A stretch of DNA of 64,000 bases. Source: an uncultured Flavobacteriales bacterium. Its GTDB lineage: Bacteria > Bacteroidota > Bacteroidia > Flavobacteriales > BACL11. The notes below the pieces were generated by a model that was not told the DNA's origin, made no database searches, and saw nothing but the letters and a program-made list of their open reading frames with translations. Location of the stretch: positions 8,642 to 72,641 of the forward strand of contig CAJIYM010000004.1 in assembly GCA_905181635.1 (NCBI GenBank). Reading direction: 5' to 3'. The translations under genes and the position numbers were made by a program. Each line of letters opens with the position of its first letter. Positions within the stretch are counted from its first letter, which is position 1. Below, in pieces: positions 9,891 to 17,353 of the stretch.

Positions 9891-10454
9891 TTATTTACTC
9901 AAATTAAAACCAACCATAAGAGATATTCTTAATCCTGAATTATAAGTATAGTCCTTACCATCATTAGCTGTACCGACAGTTGACTTACCTGGCATAAAAA
10001 CTAAATTAACTGGTAAGTTTAAACTCCCAGATTTAAAATTATGACCTATTGCGAATATCATTCCAACTCCAGTTAATGAAAGGTTTGGCCCTGCACCAAC
10101 TTCTAATCCATTAGCAACTCTCACACCAATAATAGAAGATACTGAAGGCAAAAATAATCCTTGTTCCATACCACCAACCAAAGCAATCCACTCAACTATA
10201 CCCGTAACATCAGCACCTCCATCAGCAAATCTACTTTCCCATTGCCAACCATATTGCGTAATCGTTGCAGAGCCAGTTTTACCAATTTGATTAGCTTCAT
10301 TATCAAGAGAACTAATCCCTTCATGTACAAAATCCGCTGCAGTACCTGAAGAAATAAATGTAACACCTATTCTTGGCCCTGATAATTCTTGAATTTGCGC
10401 ATTAGCTGTTAGTAATCCTAACCCTAATGCAATTGTAAATACTATTTTTTTCAT
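9891..10454 (-). CDS. Small secreted/outer-membrane protein, paralog A
   Basis: Signal peptide. Clearly homologous to 9217..9876 (tandem duplication). Confidence 0.6.
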   Translation of the reverse strand: MKKIVFTIALGLGLLTANAQIQELSGPRIGVTFISSGTAADFVHEGISSLDNEANQIGKTGSATITQYGWQWESRFADGGADVTGIVEWIALVGGMEQGLFLPSVSSIIGVRVANGLEVGAGPNLSLTGVGMIFAIGHNFKSGSLNLPVNLVFMPGKSTVGTANDGKDYTYNSGLRISLMVGFNLSK

Positions 10455-10552
10455 TATTTTAATTTTTTAAATTAATTCTGTGACAAAATTAAAGTATCCA
10501 AATCTAAATACTATGCATAGCATAGCAAATGGTTATTTGCTATATATAAAAA

Positions 10553-12487
10553 TTATTTAATAGCGTCTAGTTTTTCAGCAGCTTGCCCCCATTCAACTTC
10601 CAATTCTTGTAGTTTTAGCTGATTTTTCTCGTATTCTGCAAAAAAACCATCTTTTTTTGACAACTCACTAAATTTTTCAGGAATAGCTAAGTCAGCATCT
10701 ATTTGTTTTTGAGATTTATCCAAAATTTCAATTTGCTTCTCCAACTTACTAATCCTATTCTTTAGCTTCTTTAACTCCTTCTGCTTATTTTTCTGATCAG
10801 TATAAGATAATTGATCTACTGTTTTGTCCTGTTTTGTTTTCTTCTGTTCCTTTTGCGAACTTTCCAACTCTTTAAAATTTTCTAAATCCTTTTCAGATAA
10901 AAATGTATCAATATCCCCAACATACTCTTTGATATTCTGATTTTTAAATTCATATACTTTCTCAGTAAGTCCTTGTAAAAACTCTCTATCATGCGAAACA
11001 ACAATTAAACTTCCATCATAATTATTCAAAGCCTTTTTCAAAAGTTCTTTCGAAGTAATATCCAAATGATTAGTTGGTTCATCCATTACTAACAAGTTAT
11101 AAGGCTCAAGCAATAATTTACATAGAGCAACTCTAGCACGTTCACCTCCGGAAAGCACTTTAACTTTTTTTTTCACTTCATCATTACTAAACAAAAATGA
11201 ACCTAAAATAGAACGTACTCTTCCTGCTGTATCCTCACTAGCAGCTTGCTCAATAGTTTCTAAAACTGTTAAGTTTTCATCTAAAAATTCAGCTTGATTC
11301 TGAGCATAATAACCCATCTTTACTTGGTGTCCAAGCTGAATCTCTCCAGTAAAATCAAGTTCCTTTACTATCATTTTAGCCAAAGTAGATTTCCCTTCAC
11401 CATTCTTACCAACAAAAGCAAGCTTATCTCCTCTTACTATTTCAAGATTTATCTTATCTAACACATTTAAATCACCATAATTCTTAGAAGCATTCTTTAC
11501 TTCCAAACTCATTTTCCCTGAGTGAGGAGCAGGAGGAAAACGGAATTGCATACGGGCAACATCTTCTTGCTCTACTTGAATAATCTCAAGCTTTTCCAGT
11601 TTTTTTATTAAAGATTGAGCAAAAGAAGCTTTATTCTTCTTAGCTCTAAATTTATTAATTAAAATCTTTGTTTCCCCAATGTATTTATCTTGATTTTTTT
11701 TTGCCTGGATCTGTTTTTCTACTCTATCCTCACGTAAAGTTAAGTACTTAGTATAAGAGGCTTTATAATCATTAATTTTTGAAAAAGCTACCTCAATAGT
11801 TCTATTAGTTGAGGCATCTAAAAACAACCTATCATGCGAAACTAATACTACAGCGCCACTATAGTTTTTTAGCCACCTTTCCAACCACATGATAGATTCA
11901 ATATCCAAATGATTGGTTGGCTCATCCAACAATAACAATTCAGGCTTCATTAAAAGAATTTTAGCTAATTCAATTCGCATACGCCAACCTCCGCTAAATT
12001 CAGTTGTCTGACGTTCAAAGTCATATTGTGAAAACCCTAATCCCGATAAAACTTGGCTAATTTCAGCTGCAGTATCGTGTCCACCCGCCATTCTAAATCG
12101 TTCCTCTAAAACATTAAATTCATTTATTATATCTAAATAAGAATCACTTTCATAGTCTGTACGCTCAGTCAATTGCTTATTTGCTTCATTCATTCTGATC
12201 TCAACATCATTAAGAAATTCAAATGAAGTTTGCGCCTCTTCCAGTACAGTTCTACCATCTTCAAACTCTAAATCCTGTCTCAAAAAGCCAACAACAATAC
12301 CATTTGGGACAGAAACATTACCGTTATTAGGAGTTAAATCTTTTGCTAAAACCTTTAGTAAGGTAGATTTACCAGCTCCGTTTTTACCCGTTAAACCAAT
12401 CTTATCACCCTTATTTACCATAAAAGAGATGTTTCTAAAAATGTCCTGACCTCCGAAATAGAGGGATAAATTATTTACTGATACCAT
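10553..12487 (-). CDS. ABC-F family ATPase (two ABC cassettes, no TM domain, C-terminal coiled coil)
   Basis: Walker A motifs GKNGAGKST and GKNGEGKST, signatures FSGGWRMR and LSGGERAR, and a Lys/Glu-rich C-terminal tail. Confidence 0.9.
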   Translation of the reverse strand: MVSVNNLSLYFGGQDIFRNISFMVNKGDKIGLTGKNGAGKSTLLKVLAKDLTPNNGNVSVPNGIVVGFLRQDLEFEDGRTVLEEAQTSFEFLNDVEIRMNEANKQLTERTDYESDSYLDIINEFNVLEERFRMAGGHDTAAEISQVLSGLGFSQYDFERQTTEFSGGWRMRIELAKILLMKPELLLLDEPTNHLDIESIMWLERWLKNYSGAVVLVSHDRLFLDASTNRTIEVAFSKINDYKASYTKYLTLREDRVEKQIQAKKNQDKYIGETKILINKFRAKKNKASFAQSLIKKLEKLEIIQVEQEDVARMQFRFPPAPHSGKMSLEVKNASKNYGDLNVLDKINLEIVRGDKLAFVGKNGEGKSTLAKMIVKELDFTGEIQLGHQVKMGYYAQNQAEFLDENLTVLETIEQAASEDTAGRVRSILGSFLFSNDEVKKKVKVLSGGERARVALCKLLLEPYNLLVMDEPTNHLDITSKELLKKALNNYDGSLIVVSHDREFLQGLTEKVYEFKNQNIKEYVGDIDTFLSEKDLENFKELESSQKEQKKTKQDKTVDQLSYTDQKNKQKELKKLKNRISKLEKQIEILDKSQKQIDADLAIPEKFSELSKKDGFFAEYEKNQLKLQELEVEWGQAAEKLDAIK

Positions 12488-12578
12488 GGCGGCAAAAGTA
12501 AACTTTTTATGTACCTAAAATAAATTTAAAAGAATGATTGCCAAATTAATTTATAGCAGTATGTTTGCAAACCTAAAT

Positions 12579-12651
<73 letters not shown>

Positions 12652-12664
12652 CTAAAACAATAAA

Positions 12665-12698
12665 ACGGTTATACTTTTATAAAGTGTAGCCGTTTTTT
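12665..12698 (+). terminator. Intrinsic terminator after the tRNA (also abuts the stop of the convergent gene)
   Basis: ACGGTTATAC-N9-GTGTAGCCGT hairpin (two G-U pairs) followed by TTTTTT. Confidence 0.7.
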
Positions 12699-13092
12699 AT
12701 GTAAAAAAGACATTATATAGATATCTTCCAGGAACAAGTGTAAAACCTCCTGCTATTATTAAACCGGCCCAAAATAGTATAATCATTGATCTTGAATGAC
12801 CTTTAATATCACCCTTCTTTATATAATAGATGCTCTTTGGTACGGTGTACATAGTCAGAATACTTAGTAGATGGATCCATCCAAAATGATTTAAAAATTG
12901 AGGTCCCACTCTTGCCTCCATAAAAAGAGATATCCCTGCTTGAAAAAACATTAAAATCATATATGCCCAACCAATATTTTTATGATTTCCAGAGCCCTTA
13001 GTTGAAAAATAAATTAAATATGCTCCTATAATTAAACAAGGACTTACTGCAATTAAATGAATTGTTCTTAGTAGTTCATACATGGGTTGCAA
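12697..13092 (-). CDS. Hypothetical 4-TM membrane protein
   Basis: 131 aa with four hydrophobic helices. I recognise no motif. Confidence 0.5.
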   Translation of the reverse strand: MQPMYELLRTIHLIAVSPCLIIGAYLIYFSTKGSGNHKNIGWAYMILMFFQAGISLFMEARVGPQFLNHFGWIHLLSILTMYTVPKSIYYIKKGDIKGHSRSMIILFWAGLIIAGGFTLVPGRYLYNVFFT

Positions 13093-13253
13093 AAATAGGT
13101 TTTATTGACGATATTAAATTGTATGCTTGAATAAAATCTCTTGGTGTAAAACCTAAGTTTAACTTTTCATAATAAGAGTCATTATGTGATGAGTGTCGAT
13201 TAAGTCTTTTGGAGTAAAACTTATGTTCGATATTTCGAATGAGTTATCTACTA

Positions 13254-13289
13254 GAAAAAAGAGAACTTGATAGTTCTCTTTTTTCTTTT
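13254..13289 (+). terminator. Orphan intrinsic terminator in an intergenic region
   Basis: AAAAAA-AAGAGAAC-TTGATA-GTTCTCTT-TTTTCTTTT. No annotated plus-strand gene lies upstream of it. Confidence 0.6.
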
Positions 13290-13347
13290 CCAGTCAATGA
13301 TAGCACAACTCTATCATAAATTATAAAATTTAAAGAAAATATGATTT

Positions 13348-13377
13348 TGTATAGATTTTAAATAAATAATCTATACA
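13348..13377. promoter_or_regulatory. Palindromic operator site A: TGTATAGA-N14-TCTATACA. The right half overlaps a -7 box TACATTTG (13374..13381).
   Basis: Read directly: ttTGTATAGAttttaaataaataaTCTATACAtttgc. The same 8-14-8 architecture recurs at 17237, 25574 and 30603. Confidence 0.7.
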
Positions 13378-13403
13378 TTTGCAAGCTAACCAGTAAAAAA
13401 ATT

Positions 13404-13574
13404 ATGAAAGAGTTTATTGCAATATATTATCCAATAATTTTAGCATTCATTTGTATGTTATACTCAATTGGTTTCCACATATTTGATATGCCTGAAGAAG
13501 CACAGTACTCTGCACACTGGCCAGGAACAATTCTATTATTTGCAATTGCTATTAGACAAAGAAGAAAATCATGA
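13404..13574 (+). CDS. Micro-ORF encoding a 56-aa two-helix membrane peptide
   Basis: MKEFIAIYYPIILAFICMLYSIGFHIFDMPEEAQYSAHWPGTILLFAIAIRQRRKS. The ATG lies 22 nt after the -7 box, and the stop overlaps the next ATG (ATGA). Not in the supplied track (below its size cutoff). Confidence 0.3.
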   Translation: MKEFIAIYYPIILAFICMLYSIGFHIFDMPEEAQYSAHWPGTILLFAIAIRQRRKS

Positions 13575-13708
13575 ATTCAGGAATGCTTATAGTTGGTTTT
13601 ATTATTTTCTCAGTATATATATTTGGACTCATATATATGATAAACTACTCTCATAAATCTCAAGAGAAAGATATGAAAGATGATCCTGAATTAAAAAATT
13701 TAAAATAA
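13571..13708 (+). CDS. Micro-ORF encoding a 45-aa single-TM peptide
   Basis: MNSGMLIVGFIIFSVYIFGLIYMINYSHKSQEKDMKDDPELKNLK. Translationally coupled to the previous micro-ORF, and ends 19 nt before the glycosylase gene. Confidence 0.3.
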   Translation: MNSGMLIVGFIIFSVYIFGLIYMINYSHKSQEKDMKDDPELKNLK

Positions 13709-13727
13709 TTCTTAAGTTTTAGATAAA

Positions 13728-14525
13728 ATGCCAGAAGGACCAGAAGTAAAAATAGCTTCAGATTATTTTAACGAATTCTTTTCAGCAAGTAAAAAAATAG
13801 AATTTGAGATTATTTCTGAATATTATGATCAAAAATACTTTACTGTTTTCAAAACAATTAGCAAATTACTTAGAACACCCAAACCAACTTTTACAGTAGG
13901 AAAAAATATATTCCTTGATCTGGGAAACAATCTAATATTTAATTTCCATTTAGGCATGACTGGAGGTTGGTCAAATGAGTTGGTTAAACATTGTCACTTT
14001 CGTGTTTTTGACTCTAATAATGAACTATATTTTAAAGATGTAAGAAAGTTTGGTAATATGAAGATCATAACACAAAATCAATTTAATGAAAAATTTAATC
14101 CTGATTATGATCTTCTCAATAAATCATATTGTTTAAAAAGTCATTTAGATTATTTAGAAGAAAATATTAGAGCCAAAAAAACGATTTGCTCATTAATTAT
14201 GGATCAAAAATATTTTCCAGGCGTCGGTAATTACATTAAATCTGAAAGCTTATATATATCAAAAATACACCCTGAAGAAAAATGGGGTAACCTCAATAAA
14301 GATAAAATAACTAGATTAATAAGCAATACACAAAAAGTAATGAAGGATAGCTACAAATCTGGAGGCGCAGAGCTAAAGGATTTTAAAAATCCTTTTAATC
14401 CATCCAAATTTAGATTGCAAATTTATGGCAAGAAATATACTGAACAAAATAACATAGTAACATCTGAGAAAACTTCTGACTCTAGAAAGACTTGGTTTTG
14501 TTCTAAACAACAGAAATTAATTTAA
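13728..14525 (+). CDS. Fpg/Nei-family DNA glycosylase/AP lyase with a degenerate (zinc-less) C-terminal finger
   Basis: Catalytic N-terminus MPEGPEV, and an H2TH region (PGVGNYIKSESLYISKIHP). The C-terminus, YGKKYTEQNNIVTSEKTSDSRKTWFCSKQQK, keeps only one of the four Cys of the canonical CxxC...CxxC finger. Confidence 0.85.
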   Translation: MPEGPEVKIASDYFNEFFSASKKIEFEIISEYYDQKYFTVFKTISKLLRTPKPTFTVGKNIFLDLGNNLIFNFHLGMTGGWSNELVKHCHFRVFDSNNELYFKDVRKFGNMKIITQNQFNEKFNPDYDLLNKSYCLKSHLDYLEENIRAKKTICSLIMDQKYFPGVGNYIKSESLYISKIHPEEKWGNLNKDKITRLISNTQKVMKDSYKSGGAELKDFKNPFNPSKFRLQIYGKKYTEQNNIVTSEKTSDSRKTWFCSKQQKLI

Positions 14526-14676
14526 ATATAATATTAATAAAAATTCAATATACTTAATAAGTCTGAAAATTCCATCTCCGATACAATTTGGTAGTTACAA
14601 CGCTGTCAGTTGATTGAAAATTAAGATACTTTTTGTAATATTGTAAAAACATAAAAAATACTTAAAAAGTAAAAAA

Positions 14677-15288
14677 ATGAAAATATATAAAATACTTCTG
14701 ATTGCTCTATTATTAAATAATACTTCATTATTAGCACAAAAATATCCAACAATTAACATTGGGGAACAAATGCCTATGCAAAAAATAGAAATATTTGACA
14801 CAAATGAAAAGAGCAGAACACTTAATAACAGCCTAAAAAACAATGGTCTTTTAGTAGTATTTACTTCCAACTCTTGTCCTTTTGTAGTAATGTGGGAAGA
14901 TAGGTATAAGTTACTTGAAGAAAAATGCAGGGATAGTGAAATAGGAATGGTTTATATAAACTCAAATCAAGCTAAAAGAAATGGAGATGATTCAGTTGAA
15001 AAAATGAAAAATCATTCAAAGGAAATGGGGTATACTTTCCCATATTTAATAGATAAAAATAGTGAGATAGCAAATGCCTTTGGAGCCAAAACAACTCCAC
15101 ACATATTTTTGTTTAACAAAGGGAAAAAATTGGTATACAAAGGAGCTATAGATGATAATTATAAGTCAGCTAATGAAGTTACTGAAAACTATTTATTAGA
15201 TGCATTAGAGAACGCCGGTAATCAACTAGCGATTAGCATTAAAGAAACTAAAGCCGTAGGATGCAGCATAAAGAGGGTTAGAAAATAA
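14677..15288 (+). CDS. Exported thioredoxin-fold (redoxin/TlpA-like) protein
   Basis: Signal peptide, a thioredoxin-fold core with an active-site-like SNSCPFV, and TTPHIFLF (cis-Pro region). Confidence 0.7.
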   Translation: MKIYKILLIALLLNNTSLLAQKYPTINIGEQMPMQKIEIFDTNEKSRTLNNSLKNNGLLVVFTSNSCPFVVMWEDRYKLLEEKCRDSEIGMVYINSNQAKRNGDDSVEKMKNHSKEMGYTFPYLIDKNSEIANAFGAKTTPHIFLFNKGKKLVYKGAIDDNYKSANEVTENYLLDALENAGNQLAISIKETKAVGCSIKRVRK

Positions 15289-15484
15289 AACCTACACCAA
15301 AATTAATTATATAATAGCAGTGATTTTATCTCAACATTAATAATAGCACTTCTATTAGAGCTCTCATCATAACAATCCACTAATCAAATCTATTCCAAAT
15401 TTTAATCACTATTGGGAGAGATGGATTTTGCCTAAGAATTAATACTCTTTAAGAACTAAGTATTCAAAATCAAAAATAATTTGC

Positions 15485-16381
15485 TTATTTTCTATTATAA
15501 AAATTAGTCATTATTATTGCGTGAGGTAAGGTTATAACTGAGATACCAATTATTGAGAAAAGAAATACTGATATATTAATAAACCCAAGGTTCATTAATA
15601 ATAAGAAAACTACCAAAAATATAATTGAAAGTAAAGTATGAGGATATAATAGTTTAATAAAATTAAGCATATTTAGATCAGACTGTAAAGATTTCAAGTA
15701 ATCAAACTCTTGTTTTAGAACTTTAATTGAATGAAGAAAAATAAAGTATAATGTAAAGCTGATAATTATTGGAAATAAATAAAAAGTAATATGAATTAAG
15801 ATCAACAGAAATATTTCATTCATTAACTGCTGATTAGAAATACTTAATTTATAATTTTCAAAAAATAACAGATAAATTATTATTAAATTACTAAAATAAA
15901 AAATATACTTAAAAATTGAAACATTAAATACTTGACTAAAATTTTTAGTATCTATAAACTGATTTGATAGTAACAGTAATTCATTATTATTATAAAAAAT
16001 TAAAGTTGAAAGCAACGCAAATCCCCAAATCAAATAAATAATTCTTTTTTTATTTACAAAAGGATAATCTACTAGCTGTGATTCACCAAAATGGTAAGAC
16101 GACAAGAATAAAAAGAAAATAAGTGATATAACTGGCGTTATCCACCAGAACAAACAGTAAATAATTATAGTTACTAAATATATTAAATAAAATCTAAATC
16201 TTGTGATCTTGTTAGATGATAAGTAAATAATATTATCAATTGCTCCGTGAGGAATACCAAAAAGAGAAATTAAAATTATAGAACCTAAAACTTGACTCTG
16301 CATGCTAATCTCACCATTTAATGTGAAAATTGCAAAAAGAGCATAAACAAATATGAGATATGTGAATGTAAATTTATTCAA
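15485..16381 (-). CDS. blh: Beta-carotene 15,15'-dioxygenase, Brp/Blh family (retinal synthesis)
   Basis: Polytopic membrane protein with conserved His-containing segments GIPHGAID, SSYHFGESQ, FLHSIKV and LPHAII. It lies immediately downstream of the rhodopsin gene. The track start is TTG at 16379-16381, which overlaps the T-tract of the rhodopsin terminator. An alternative ATG is at 16303 (MQSQVLG). Confidence 0.85.
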   Translation of the reverse strand: MNKFTFTYLIFVYALFAIFTLNGEISMQSQVLGSIILISLFGIPHGAIDNIIYLSSNKITRFRFYLIYLVTIIIYCLFWWITPVISLIFFLFLSSYHFGESQLVDYPFVNKKRIIYLIWGFALLSTLIFYNNNELLLLSNQFIDTKNFSQVFNVSIFKYIFYFSNLIIIYLLFFENYKLSISNQQLMNEIFLLILIHITFYLFPIIISFTLYFIFLHSIKVLKQEFDYLKSLQSDLNMLNFIKLLYPHTLLSIIFLVVFLLLMNLGFINISVFLFSIIGISVITLPHAIIMTNFYNRK

Positions 16382-16409
16382 AAAAAAAAGGGCAGGATTT
16401 CTCCTGCCC
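16380..16409 (-). terminator. Intrinsic terminator between proteorhodopsin and blh
   Basis: The minus strand reads GGGCAGGA-GAAA-TCCTGCCC followed by about 10 T. It lies 22 nt after the rhodopsin stop. Confidence 0.8.
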
Positions 16410-16430
16410 TATTTCTTTAAATTAAAATAA

Positions 16431-17162
16431 CTAAGCTACTTTTTTATTTGATTCAGCTATAGCGATAGAATAAACCACTAATCCAAATCCTATTTTGTTG
16501 ATTGCATCAGCAATGTTATACCATACATCAACACTTTCTGGTGCCATAACACTACTTAACCATCCACCTTCCATACACATGTATCCAATTGGATAGATTG
16601 ACCATCCTACTAATACAAACCAAGCTAAATATTTAACGCCTTTCTTAATAGCATCAGAATTACTTTTTTCAGCTAATTGAGCAACCTCACCAAACCATAC
16701 AGTGTACGCTATGTATAAATAACCAATAGTTGAAAGTACTCCCCATGTTACAGAATGACCAGTAGTTCCATCTGAGAATGCCTCTCCAATATATCCACAA
16801 ACTAACATCCAAGTTGAAGCAAGAATTAACTTCCATAATAGACTTTTCTTAGCTCCAGCCAGTTTAGTAAGTAAGTAAAACTCAACACACATCAATGGAA
16901 CCGTTAAGATCCAATCTACATATCTGAAGAAAGTTGGAGAAGTTTCAGTTGCTAACCAATAGTCTCTCATGTAATAATAGTGTACAGCAGCTATTCCCGT
17001 AATTAGAGCTGATACTAGTAAAGACATTTTCCATTTGTCGTCAACACTTCCTCTTTCAACAAAAAAGAATACAGATGCTGCTAACATTGCAATATAACCT
17101 ATGAAGAATGTGAAAGCCACATAATTGTCTGGTGCGATTGCTGTAATAACATTTAATAACAT
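16431..17162 (-). CDS. Proteorhodopsin, DTE-motif outward proton pump with Met at the spectral-tuning position 105
   Basis: RYVDWILTVPLMCVEFYLL gives D97/T101/E108 with M105. The Schiff-base lysine sits in YNIADAINKIGFGL. Seven TM helices. A -7 box TAGATTTG lies at 17190..17197. Confidence 0.95.
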   Translation of the reverse strand: MLLNVITAIAPDNYVAFTFFIGYIAMLAASVFFFVERGSVDDKWKMSLLVSALITGIAAVHYYYMRDYWLATETSPTFFRYVDWILTVPLMCVEFYLLTKLAGAKKSLLWKLILASTWMLVCGYIGEAFSDGTTGHSVTWGVLSTIGYLYIAYTVWFGEVAQLAEKSNSDAIKKGVKYLAWFVLVGWSIYPIGYMCMEGGWLSSVMAPESVDVWYNIADAINKIGFGLVVYSIAIAESNKKVA

Positions 17163-17236
17163 TTTTTTATTTTTTTAATTAATATTCAGCAAATCTAATA
17201 AAAATAATTGAAATCATGTAATTAAATTTTTTATTT

Positions 17237-17266
17237 TGTATAATTTTTTATTCATAAATCTATACA
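17237..17266. promoter_or_regulatory. Palindromic operator site B upstream of proteorhodopsin: TGTATAAT-N14-TCTATACA
   Basis: ttTGTATAATtttttattcataaaTCTATACAttt. It lies 75-104 nt upstream of the rhodopsin ATG and 39 nt upstream of the -7 box. Confidence 0.6.
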
Positions 17267-17353
17267 TTTATTAAATAATTATATGTATCTAATATATTGT
17301 GAGGGTATGATGCTATTTAAGAAATATTACACTAAAAAATGAGCGATTTTCAT

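Noticed and set aside
10523-10542. The perfect hairpin TAGCAAAT-ggtt-ATTTGCTA between the ABC-F gene and the OMP paralog, considered as a terminator
   Set aside because: No T-tract follows it on the relevant (minus) strand. It sits about 17 nt upstream of a -7 box TAGATTTG (10499..10506), so it may be regulatory. I have no second copy or partner protein to support any call.
13468-13656. Plus-strand 62-aa track ORF in the region upstream of the glycosylase gene
   Set aside because: Its translation (MVSTYLICLKKHSTLHTGQ...) looks non-protein-like. It straddles two better-formed, translationally coupled hydrophobic micro-ORFs (13404..13574 and 13571..13708) that begin at the right distance from a -7 box.
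16431-17162. Whether the rhodopsin could be a Na+ (NDQ) or Cl- (NTQ) pump, or a xanthorhodopsin-type antenna binder
   Set aside because: Helix C reads D-W-I-L-T-V-P-L-M-C-V-E, i.e. a DTE motif with a carboxylate donor, which is diagnostic of proton-pumping proteorhodopsin. I have no sequence basis for calling an antenna-binding site.
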